Positions 55,694 through 64,000 of a stretch of 64,000 bases of DNA are shown here, one piece after another; position 1 is the first letter of the stretch, and each line of letters opens with the position of its first letter. Source of the stretch: Candidatus Woesearchaeota archaeon (GTDB taxonomy: Archaea > Nanobdellota > Nanobdellia > Pacearchaeales > GW2011-AR1); assembly GCA_964437455.1 (NCBI GenBank), contig CAYTGG010000001.1, forward strand, positions 20,930 through 84,929, written 5' to 3'. The position numbers and the translations under genes are program-made. The notes under the pieces are model-generated. The model saw only the letters and a list, made by a program, of their open reading frames with translations, was not told the DNA's origin and searched no databases.

Positions 55694-57715
55694 TTATACT
55701 TTCTGTACATAACCTCTTCTAGGCTTAAAAATCTCTCCGTGTGCATTTAATTTATCTATAGCTTCTTCGATTTCTTCTTTTTTTAATCTTCCTTCTAATT
55801 CATTTTCAATTTCTTCAACAGGAATCATTTTTCCAATTTTACTTTCTAATTCAATTATAGTTTCTCTTACTGTTAATATTTTGTTCCTTTGAGATGAAGA
55901 GAAAGTTCCTGATATTCTATCAATATCAAAGGTTTTTGATTCATAATCATAACCTACTTGCATTAAATAATATTTCATTATATCTATTGCTCTTCTAGCA
56001 TCTTCTACTGTTACTTTTTCACTTAGTCTTAATTTTGCAGAAGCTTCTGACATTCTTATCAATGCTTGTAATTGTCTTGCTGAAATTGGAATAGGTCGCA
56101 TCGCACTTTCAGAGGTTACAGGACGATTTCTTAATTCAACATAAAATTTTTTTATTTCTGTTCCTGCTTCTTCACTTAAAACAGGTTTTATCTTTTGTTT
56201 AGCATATGCTACATACTTTCTAAAAAGATCTCTTGAAATTAACATATCCTCCCCCTGTTTTTTATGTTCTGATAAAACATGAATAGCAATAAGTTCATCT
56301 TTTTTTCTATCAGGAATATCTCTTAATGTAAAAATTATATCAAATCTATTTATTAAAGTTGGAGGCATATCAATTTGTTGTGCTATTGATTGATATGGAT
56401 CAAATCTTCCGAATTTAGGATTTGCTGCTGCTAATACACTGGTTTCTGAACGAAGAGTGGCTTGAACATTTGCTTTCGAAACTGTAATAGTCTGTTGTTC
56501 CATTGCTTCGTGCATAGAACTTCTATCATTGGGATCCATTTTTTCTAATTCATCTACACAAACTAATCCCTTATTTGCTAAAACCATGGCTCCTGCTTCT
56601 AAAGACCATCCTCTTAAATATTCATCTCTTACTACTGAAGCAGTTAATCCTGCACCAGATGCACTTTTTCCTACTACATATCTTCCTTTTGGTGAAATAC
56701 CTGCCATAAATCCTAAAGTGTGACTCTTAGCTACTCCAGGATCTCCTATTAATAAAATATGAATGTCTCCTCTGTTCTTTGAACCATCCTTGTTAATTTT
56801 TTTAACTCCTCCAAACAATTGTAAAATTAATGATTTTTTTATTTCATCATATCCCCAAATGCTTGGAGTTATACTTTGAGATAACTTATCAAATATACTG
56901 GGATCCTCAGATAGTTCAAGAATCTGCTTCTCATCCTCTTCTCCTATATCTAATTCCTCAAAGGTCTCTTCTAAGGGTATGAGATTGTTTGCTTCCATAG
57001 CTAATTGAAATCTTGTAGATAATCCTCCTGAACTTAAAGGAACTGGAACCTCTTTTAAAACTCCAATGACTTTAATTCTACTTCCTGGAGTGGTCTTCTC
57101 CTCCATTCTTGGTTCTACTAAATCTTCTTTTATAAAAATATCTAATCTTTTTGGTTGTTCTCCTCCTGATAGAGATTCTGTAGGTTCTTCTATTACTAAT
57201 CTTTGAGTATCAACCATCTCTTTACTTATTAGTCTAAATCCTCCTTTTCTTCCACAAGAGCATCTAGTTGGTTCTCTAAATTTCTTTTCAACTTGAAGAA
57301 CTGAGATTATTGTTCCACAACTTGGACATTCAAATTTAGCATTGACCACTTGAGGTCTTACATCTGAAGCTTGCCTTATTATTCCTTCTAAAGCAATCAT
57401 TTCATTTAAATGTCTAGAACGAATATCTCTTATTTTTATTTCTTGACTTTTTGGAATATTAAATAATCTAATTCTTACATTTTTTAATAAGCCTAATTCT
57501 TCAATTGCTAATTCTACGATTCCTAAAGTCTCTTCTGGATTTGAAAGAATTTCTTCTGATAATTTGCTTGAGAATTCTGTAAGTTTCATAAAATCTAAGA
57601 AAACAACACTATTTCCTTTTCTTATAGAATCTCCTAAATCTTTTTTGTAAAAATCAAAGAAATTTTTAGCTTCAATCATCAATCCGTCTTTTTTTGACCT
57701 TTCATTTTCCACCAT
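55694..57715 (-). CDS. mcm: MCM replicative helicase
   Basis: Zn finger CPSCG...CSCG, Walker A GDPGVAKS, Walker B CVDELEKM, arginine finger SRFD, C-terminal WH. Confidence 0.95.
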   Translation of the reverse strand: MVENERSKKDGLMIEAKNFFDFYKKDLGDSIRKGNSVVFLDFMKLTEFSSKLSEEILSNPEETLGIVELAIEELGLLKNVRIRLFNIPKSQEIKIRDIRSRHLNEMIALEGIIRQASDVRPQVVNAKFECPSCGTIISVLQVEKKFREPTRCSCGRKGGFRLISKEMVDTQRLVIEEPTESLSGGEQPKRLDIFIKEDLVEPRMEEKTTPGSRIKVIGVLKEVPVPLSSGGLSTRFQLAMEANNLIPLEETFEELDIGEEDEKQILELSEDPSIFDKLSQSITPSIWGYDEIKKSLILQLFGGVKKINKDGSKNRGDIHILLIGDPGVAKSHTLGFMAGISPKGRYVVGKSASGAGLTASVVRDEYLRGWSLEAGAMVLANKGLVCVDELEKMDPNDRSSMHEAMEQQTITVSKANVQATLRSETSVLAAANPKFGRFDPYQSIAQQIDMPPTLINRFDIIFTLRDIPDRKKDELIAIHVLSEHKKQGEDMLISRDLFRKYVAYAKQKIKPVLSEEAGTEIKKFYVELRNRPVTSESAMRPIPISARQLQALIRMSEASAKLRLSEKVTVEDARRAIDIMKYYLMQVGYDYESKTFDIDRISGTFSSSQRNKILTVRETIIELESKIGKMIPVEEIENELEGRLKKEEIEEAIDKLNAHGEIFKPRRGYVQKV

Positions 57716-57790
57716 AAAAAATTAAACAAGTATGAGTTTTTATAGATTTATGTAAAACACTAAATGAGTCTTTTAAAAATGAGATTATTT

Positions 57791-58123
57791 TTAAGAAGTA
57801 AAATTTGTTTTTCTTTTCCCAATTAAAAATAAGATGAAACTAATTAGAAACAATCCTAAAATCACCATTCCATTAAGCATTAAGACAATAGCAAGTCCAA
57901 TAGGATCCATTCTTCCTCCTTTTAAAAGTCCAATTGAAATAGCTATTAAAAAATATACAATTATGGGAATATTGATAATATTTATCCAGGAGCTTATTTT
58001 TATTATTTTCCCTTCTTCTTTTTCTGATTTATAGAATTTAATTGCTATTCTTAAGTACCAAATTGCGATGATTGTTAATATAAGAAAAATTAATTCAAAT
58101 GCAGTCCATTGGCTAATTCCCAA
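57791..58123 (-). CDS. Small 3-TM membrane protein, hypothetical
   Basis: 110 aa. Confidence 0.3.
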   Translation of the reverse strand: MGISQWTAFELIFLILTIIAIWYLRIAIKFYKSEKEEGKIIKISSWINIINIPIIVYFLIAISIGLLKGGRMDPIGLAIVLMLNGMVILGLFLISFILFLIGKRKTNFTS

Positions 58124-58180
58124 TATTGTTACAATAGAGAAGGATACAGATAGTGATGATATTGATTAATTGTAAGTTTT

Positions 58181-58750
58181 TCATTTCTTATATCCTTTTA
58201 GTACAGCTTTCACATTCTTTAATAATTGTTTCATACTATACTCTAATTGATCTCTATTCTTTGTTCCCGTGCATACTAATTTTCCATTGCTAAAGAGTAA
58301 AAATGTAGCATTTGGTTCTGCTAATTTATAAACTAAACCAGGAAATTGTTCTGGTTCATATTCTGTATTAATCATCTCTAAAGCAAGAAAATTTAGATTA
58401 AGTTTTAAATCAATTGTTCCAGAAGCTACAATATTCTGAACTGTTATTTTTGGATTAATAGTTATATTAACATTTATCTTCCTTAATTGTTTTATCACAG
58501 ACTGAATAGCTTTTTTTACTTGAGCTACTGATTTTGTTCCTGTACATACTAAATTTCCAGAAGAAAAAACAAGAACAGCTGATTTTGGCTCTTTTATTCT
58601 CAAGACTAGTCCAGGAAAAGTATCAGGATTATATTCTGTATTGGGTTGAGTTCTTGCTAATTTTGTTAAAGGAATAGGTTTTTCTAAAGAAGTTGTGGCT
58701 ACAATATTTTGAATTTTATAATTACTTTTTTTTGAATCTGTCTTTGTCAT
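58181..58750 (-). CDS. tbp: TATA-box-binding protein (TBP)
   Basis: Two direct repeats QNIVATTSL...FPGLVLRIKEPKSAVLVFSSGNLVCTGTKS / QNIVASGTI...FPGLVYKLAEPNATFLLFSNGKLVCTGTKN. Confidence 0.95.
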   Translation of the reverse strand: MTKTDSKKSNYKIQNIVATTSLEKPIPLTKLARTQPNTEYNPDTFPGLVLRIKEPKSAVLVFSSGNLVCTGTKSVAQVKKAIQSVIKQLRKINVNITINPKITVQNIVASGTIDLKLNLNFLALEMINTEYEPEQFPGLVYKLAEPNATFLLFSNGKLVCTGTKNRDQLEYSMKQLLKNVKAVLKGYKK

Positions 58751-58792
58751 TTAGATTTTAAGAAATTTTTATTTATAAAGGCTTCGACGGAA

Positions 58793-59887
58793 TTATTTTC
58801 TAAACCTTTTATCAATATAATCAACTAATTCACTTCCTTTTATTTGAATGCTAGAGGGACCTGTTCTTATGTAAAACTCTTCTTCATCTTTTGTAGGTTT
58901 TAAAAAAACTGGCCTATCACTTTTTTTACATTCAATTCTTAAAATAGTTTTCTTTTCTAAAGATATCAAATCAAAATTTATTAGATGTAAATATCTTTTT
59001 CCTATCTTTTCTTTTATTATATTTGTTAGATGCAGACTTAATTTATCATTGTTATCAAATCTATCTTTTTCAGTTCCAATAATTTCTCCATTATTTGAAA
59101 CTCCTATAAACAAGATACCTCCTTTAGAATTTAAAAACGCATCTATTGTTTTTAGTGAGGCATATTCTATTTTTCGATCTATTTCTTGAGTATAAAGATT
59201 TACTCTTAAAGTGGATTTAAACTCTACATTTTCATTTTCTCCTTTTTTGATAATATTTTTTATATCAGAATAATCTTTTTCTGAGAATAATTTAGGATTT
59301 ATCTTTGCAAATCTTCTTATGACTTTATTCAGTAATCCTTTTTTTTCTTTTAAATAAATATAACCAAATATAGAGGATATTAATGCTCCAAATATTACAT
59401 AAACCATATTTTTCATAGAATGATGATAAATTCCCACAGTAATTTCTTGCATTAATATTATTTTTAGAAGATACTTCAAAAACTCAAGTCCAAATCCAAA
59501 TGTAACTGCAAAATTAAATGAGAAAAAGATTATTAAAAAATAATTTTTCTTTATTTGTCCACTTGAATATAAAATTAGCAATATCATAAATCCAATTAAA
59601 CTTATTGATATTCCGAAAAAAATGGATATTATAGTTCCTCTTATACTTCCTATAAAAAAAGTAGAAATAGCAAAAAAGAATAAAATCCACTCAAATTCTA
59701 CAGGAATATTTACTTCATATCTTCTTTTTATAATCTGAGGAAGAAATAGTAGTATAAGAAGAAAAATACTGGCTGACATCATATGCCACAGTTCTAAATA
59801 AATAGCGTTGAATATTGAGATAATTAAAATAAACTTTATTGCAAATAGCATATGCTCACGAATCCAGAAAAATTTCTTTAAATTCAT
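58793..59887 (-). CDS. Polytopic membrane protein (at least 6 TM) with C-terminal cytoplasmic AlbA_2/Schlafen-like domain (PF04326-like)
   Basis: C-terminus ENVEFKSTLRVNLYTQ...LKTIDAFLNSKGGILFIGVSNNGEIIGTEKD matches the AlbA_2 core (E.K...........i.AfaN..GG.l.iGv.d.G.i.G). Confidence 0.5.
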   Translation of the reverse strand: MNLKKFFWIREHMLFAIKFILIISIFNAIYLELWHMMSASIFLLILLFLPQIIKRRYEVNIPVEFEWILFFFAISTFFIGSIRGTIISIFFGISISLIGFMILLILYSSGQIKKNYFLIIFFSFNFAVTFGFGLEFLKYLLKIILMQEITVGIYHHSMKNMVYVIFGALISSIFGYIYLKEKKGLLNKVIRRFAKINPKLFSEKDYSDIKNIIKKGENENVEFKSTLRVNLYTQEIDRKIEYASLKTIDAFLNSKGGILFIGVSNNGEIIGTEKDRFDNNDKLSLHLTNIIKEKIGKRYLHLINFDLISLEKKTILRIECKKSDRPVFLKPTKDEEEFYIRTGPSSIQIKGSELVDYIDKRFRK

Positions 59888-59939
59888 AATTTATAAAAGT
59901 ATTTAATGTTTATAGAATTTTTGAAAGATATTTTATAAA

Positions 59940-61652
59940 TTAACCATATCTCCAATTTCTCTTTTGATTAGAGAAATCTTTCTCGATTTCTTTTATATCT
60001 GCAATTTCTAAAAGAGGTTTATCTGGGCGTATAGAAGTGATTCTTGGAAATCTAAGAGCCCATTTTGAATTATAATTAGGAGAATGTTGAATTTCTTGAT
60101 AAGTCACAGCTACGATTATCTTGGGTTTAATCTCTATTTTATTTCCTTTTTCTTTTATTATCAATGGCTTAATTTTTTCTGTTAGTTCTTCAAAAGACAA
60201 TCCTTGTTCTCTTTTTTCTTTTATACCTGTTCCTACTTTTCCAACTTCTAATAATTCTCCTTTTTTTTCTCCTCTACAAGACAATATAAAACTTGAGAAC
60301 CATCCTTTTCTTTTTCCTTTTCCATATTCTGCACCTGTTATGACTAAATCCAAATCTCTTCCTTCTGGTTTCATTTTTAACATATGTCCAACTCTGCTTC
60401 CAGGATTATATTCTGACTTAAGATTTTTCATCATGACTCCCTCTTGATTATCTCTCAATGCTTTCTTGTAGAATTCTTTTGCTTTTTTTTCATCACTTGT
60501 TATAATCTGTCTTGCAGAGATTATCTTGTAAGGAAAATTCTTTACAATCTTCTTTATCAACTTAGTTCTTTTTTCAAATGGTTCATCAAGAAGAGATTTT
60601 TCATTATAATAGAGAATATCAAAAACATTTACTTCTACAGGAAGTTCCTTTTGGATTCTTTCTATGTTATACTTCCTTCTTATTCTCTGACTTATATACT
60701 GAAAAGGTTTGTACTCTTTTGTTTTTTTATCATATCCTACAGTTTCCGAATCCAGAATGAAAGATTTTCCTTTTACATATTTCTTAATATATTCTACAAC
60801 CTCTGGAAATTGTTTAGTTACATTCTCCAGTCTTCGAGTAAATAGAATTATTTCTTTTCCTTTTTTATGTATTAATAGTCTGAATCCATCATATTTATAC
60901 TCTATAGCACAAGGTTTTCCTAATGCCTTAAATCCTTCTTCGATAGTTGAAATTTTCTGAGCGAGCATAACTTTTATTGGTTTTCCTACTTGCATTAAAA
61001 TTTTTTCTAGTTCTTTTAATTTTTTATTTTTTATTCTCTTAAAGACTTCAGCTAAATCATTTGAATTGTTAATTGCTTTCTGAATCTTTTTTGAAGCTTC
61101 TGATTGTTTATCTGAGAAGAATGCTTTGGCCATAGCTTCTCTTATTGTACTTTCTTGAACACCTATTCTTAAATCTCCTATCAAAGTTCTTATTAAATAC
61201 TTAGCTTCCAGAGGTGAAGCGGAAGTTAAAAGTTCAGATATTAATGAAATCTTTTTATTTATAGTTCCTTTTCCTTCTAATTCTGGAAGTTTTCTTAAAT
61301 TGTCTAGAACCTTTTTTGTTTCTAAAACTGAAGTTTTTAATGTTGATTGACTTTTTTTTCTTGTTGATTCCTCTGAGACTTCTCCTAGGTCTCCTAAAAC
61401 TTTCCATTCTAAGATTATTTTATTCTCATTATTTCCAGTTGCTTTCGCTATTGCTTTTATTGTTAATTGATTAGAAATACCAATTCTTCTTTCATCATAT
61501 TCAGGATAGATTCTTCCTAATAAAAGATAAAGAACTTCTTTATCTTCTTCTTTTACTTCTTTTAAAAATTTAGAAAGTATCTCTATCTTTTCAAGTCTTT
61601 TTGTAGTAGAAGATAATTTTTCATAAATTTGTGCGAGTTTTAAATAATTCAT
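59940..61652 (-). CDS. lig: ATP-dependent DNA ligase
   Basis: Adenylation motif I AIEYKYDGFRLLIHK (KxDGxR), motifs III-VI, EGVMMK, LDLVITGAEYGKGKR. Confidence 0.95.
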   Translation of the reverse strand: MNYLKLAQIYEKLSSTTKRLEKIEILSKFLKEVKEEDKEVLYLLLGRIYPEYDERRIGISNQLTIKAIAKATGNNENKIILEWKVLGDLGEVSEESTRKKSQSTLKTSVLETKKVLDNLRKLPELEGKGTINKKISLISELLTSASPLEAKYLIRTLIGDLRIGVQESTIREAMAKAFFSDKQSEASKKIQKAINNSNDLAEVFKRIKNKKLKELEKILMQVGKPIKVMLAQKISTIEEGFKALGKPCAIEYKYDGFRLLIHKKGKEIILFTRRLENVTKQFPEVVEYIKKYVKGKSFILDSETVGYDKKTKEYKPFQYISQRIRRKYNIERIQKELPVEVNVFDILYYNEKSLLDEPFEKRTKLIKKIVKNFPYKIISARQIITSDEKKAKEFYKKALRDNQEGVMMKNLKSEYNPGSRVGHMLKMKPEGRDLDLVITGAEYGKGKRKGWFSSFILSCRGEKKGELLEVGKVGTGIKEKREQGLSFEELTEKIKPLIIKEKGNKIEIKPKIIVAVTYQEIQHSPNYNSKWALRFPRITSIRPDKPLLEIADIKEIEKDFSNQKRNWRYG

Positions 61653-61758
61653 GTTTACCTCAGAGAATATTAATAAAAGATTATTTTTAAGGATGTTGTT
61701 TTAAGTAAATATTCTAAATTAAACTTTTAAAGATTTAGTGGAGTTATTTATTTCTTAT

Positions 61759-62040
61759 TTATTCAGTTAATTCTTCTACTTCTTTTTTTCCTTTTTCCAA
61801 TTCTTCAATCTGTTCTTTATCTTTTTCAAGTAATAAACTCTGAAATTCTCCTACATGTGTTTTCTCTTCCTTTGCTATGTCTAATAAAATATCTTTAATT
61901 TTTTTGTCTTTAGCTTTTGCTGAAAGTTGTTCATAAAGATTAATAGCATCAAGCTCTGCAATTAAACCCAATCTTAAAATCTCTCTGTCTATATACTCTT
62001 CTTCAATTTTATCTAAATCAATTGGCTCTTTTGATAACAT
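61759..62040 (-). CDS. Small ferritin-like/rubrerythrin-like four-helix-bundle protein
   Basis: ELDAINLYEQ ... IAKEEKTHVGEF resemble the E...ExxH di-iron pattern; 93 aa. Confidence 0.35.
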   Translation of the reverse strand: MLSKEPIDLDKIEEEYIDREILRLGLIAELDAINLYEQLSAKAKDKKIKDILLDIAKEEKTHVGEFQSLLLEKDKEQIEELEKGKKEVEELTE

Positions 62041-62067
62041 ATTTATTAATATAACAATGAGTTTAAA

Positions 62068-62640
62068 TTATTTACCCTTTCTTCCTCCAGCTCTTACAGA
62101 AGGACGTGATCTGTTTGTAGGTGATTTATTTCTTAATCCTCTTGATTTCTTTCCAGCACTGGTGAGTCCTCTTAAAGCTCTTTTTGAATTAGATTTCCTT
62201 GTAATCCAATTTATTTTTTTATCATTTTTTATCTCAGATTCATTTGGATTAACACAAATTACTTCATAAAAACAGTTTACCCCATCTTTTCCTATAAGAT
62301 AGGAATTTAAAACAATTAACTCTGGATATTTTCTCTCAACTCTCTGTTCTGCAATCCATCTATAAGACATCTTCAAATTTTTTCTAATATGTAACCTTTT
62401 ACTTCTTCTTCCTTTATTAGGACGTGGACGCTTGTGTCCTCCTCTTTTTAATCTAATTCTAAAAATTACAAATCCTTTTTTGTCTTTATATCCTAAAGCT
62501 CTTGCTCTATCAATTCTTAAAGGTTTTTCTACCTCTGTAAAGACTTGAGATTTTCTCCATTCAATCATTCTTTCTCTAAGAATCTTCTTGTCAGGTTTTT
62601 TCCATGCTTTACTAATATAATGATAAAGTCCTTTTGTCAT
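62068..62640 (-). CDS. rpl15e: 50S ribosomal protein L15e
   Basis: MTKGLYHYISKAWKKP...GFVIFRIRLKRGGHKRPRPNKGRR matches eL15. Confidence 0.9.
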   Translation of the reverse strand: MTKGLYHYISKAWKKPDKKILRERMIEWRKSQVFTEVEKPLRIDRARALGYKDKKGFVIFRIRLKRGGHKRPRPNKGRRSKRLHIRKNLKMSYRWIAEQRVERKYPELIVLNSYLIGKDGVNCFYEVICVNPNESEIKNDKKINWITRKSNSKRALRGLTSAGKKSRGLRNKSPTNRSRPSVRAGGRKGK

Positions 62641-62749
62641 GGATTATGAAGAAAAATTTTATTTAAAAAGGTTGAGGTTCATTAACAAAATTTATAAATA
62701 TTCTAATTTGTGTTTAATAATAAGTCTTTTTCGTGTAACTATCGATTGC

Positions 62750-62824
62750 GAGCCTGTAGCTCAGTCTGGTTAGAGCACTACTCTGATAAGGTAGGGGTCC
62801 TCGGTTCAAATCCGAGCAGGCTCA
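62750..62824 (+). tRNA. tRNA-Ile(GAU)
   Basis: GAGCCTG-TA-GCTC-AGTCTGGTTA-GAGC-A-CTACT-CTGATAA-GGTAG-GGGTC-CTCGG-TTCAAAT-CCGAG-CAGGCTC-A. Confidence 0.85.
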
Positions 62825-62858
62825 TTTTAGAATATAAAAAATTATAGATATCTTCTTT

Positions 62859-63518
62859 TTACTTATCTTCTAATTCAAGAATAAGTTTTCCTTTTTCTAA
62901 ATTATAATCTTTTATGGGCATATTAATTGGTATCAATTTAAAATATGCTTTATCTTTTGAAACAGCTTTTATTTCGATGCTATTTTCAAGTTTGTTTATT
63001 GAAATATCTTTTACTGAATTAACTCCTGGAATTTTTATTTCGTAGATTAAGCCATCAGAAAGTCTTCTTATATTAGTAGAAGGTTCTTCTCTAGGAAGTT
63101 TTGAGAAATTTTTTAAATCTTTTCTAAGGAAATCAGAATTTTTATCTTTTTTTCTTATTTCTTCTTTTTTCTTATTCTCTGGAGAATTATCTATTGAGTT
63201 AAATTTAATTCCATTAGGTTGATTACTTGAAGTGGATATGCTTATGCTTATTCCTCCTCTTCTAGGACTCATTTTTCTTTCTTCTCCCATTTCTTTGTCT
63301 AATTGTCTAAATTGTTTATCGATATTTTTCATTAGTCCATTTATTAACATATTAAATCCTCTTGGAAGTTTTAATTCATTTATTGAGTCAAAAGAATCAT
63401 TTCTTCCTAACATTCCCCAGTCTTTTTCTTCTGTTAATCTATTTCCACAGTAAGGACAGAAATCATATTCTCTACTAACTTTTTCTCCACATTTTTTGCA
63501 TACTCTTTTCTTGAACAT
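62859..63518 (-). CDS. Zinc-ribbon protein with C-terminal Hsp20/alpha-crystallin-like (or CS) domain
   Basis: CKKCG...CPYCGN at the N-terminus; C-terminal LIYEIKIPGVNSVKDISINKLENSIEIKA resembles the sHSP v.v.lPGv.kedi.v...dn.L.I motif. Confidence 0.45.
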   Translation of the reverse strand: MFKKRVCKKCGEKVSREYDFCPYCGNRLTEEKDWGMLGRNDSFDSINELKLPRGFNMLINGLMKNIDKQFRQLDKEMGEERKMSPRRGGISISISTSSNQPNGIKFNSIDNSPENKKKEEIRKKDKNSDFLRKDLKNFSKLPREEPSTNIRRLSDGLIYEIKIPGVNSVKDISINKLENSIEIKAVSKDKAYFKLIPINMPIKDYNLEKGKLILELEDK

Positions 63519-63587
63519 ATTTTAAAAAGATAGAGAATCTTTAAATATCTTAGGGTTATCTTTTATAAGATATATATTTACAAAATA

Positions 63588-63658
63588 TGCGCCAGCCGGG
63601 ATTTGAACCCGGGTCACAAGATTGGGAATCTTGTATACTGCCACTATACTACTAGCGC
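63588..63658 (-). tRNA. tRNA-Gly(CCC) candidate
   Basis: Reverse complement GCGCTAG-TA-GTAT-AGTGGCAGT-ATAC-AAGA-TTCCCAA-TCTTG-TGAC-CCGGG-TTCAAAT-CCCGG-CTGGCGC-A; the D-stem/anticodon-stem junction is compressed by one nucleotide. Confidence 0.55.
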
Positions 63659-63764
63659 TTTAAATTTTTATATGAAAATTAATTGATAAATTTTTATATA
63701 ATCCAATTATAATTTTTTAATAATTTTTATTAAAAATGAAATATTCTAAGAATCAGTTTTTTGA

Positions 63765-64000
<236 letters not shown>

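Noticed and set aside
60121-60960. Several plus-strand ORFs (108, 133, 60, 83 aa)
   Set aside because: All are antisense to the well-supported DNA ligase gene; low-complexity, no start context.

Overview
This AT-rich (about 30% GC), gene-dense window has the hallmarks of a small archaeal genome, most plausibly a DPANN-type archaeon (Woesearchaeota/Pacearchaeota-like). The markers are TFB, TBP, TFE-alpha, MCM, ATP-dependent DNA ligase, Alba, an Sm-like protein, aIF1A and aIF2-beta. It also carries archaea-specific ribosomal proteins (S3Ae, L44e, S8e, S17e, L15e), GatD plus a GatE/GatB-family subunit, and the tRNA-splicing endonuclease EndA. Several aminoacyl-tRNA synthetases are present (Gly, Leu, Ala, Pro, Asp, Asn, Met N-terminus), along with FtsZ, RNase Z, deoxyhypusine synthase and small-genome housekeeping genes. 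Ten tRNA genes are visible. One is a tRNA-Cys(GCA) interrupted by a 126-nt intron at the canonical 37/38 position, with a readable bulge-helix-bulge motif and an internal duplication. The stand-out accessory locus is a three-gene co-directional array at 3504-11678: a 44-aa ORF, a 621-aa membrane-anchored extracellular protein, and a 2051-aa giant secreted protein. The giant protein's C-terminus carries lytic-transglycosylase (GH23/SLT) signature motifs (E-S ... GVMQIN ... YNGWN), preceded by a cysteine-rich module with a hydrophobic segment. This is a candidate cell-wall-breaching host-interaction apparatus. Other features of note are a 36-nt element repeated downstream of two tRNA genes, a duplicated 3' end of tRNA-Asn (an att-site-like scar), a complex minisatellite next to tRNA-Arg(TCG), a 650-bp non-coding AT-rich region with tandem repeats, and several secreted or membrane proteins (a Cys-rich glycoprotein-like repeat protein, a transglutaminase-like protein, a membrane-anchored AlbA_2/Schlafen-like protein). 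All calls come from reading the sequence and remembered family signatures; no searches were run.
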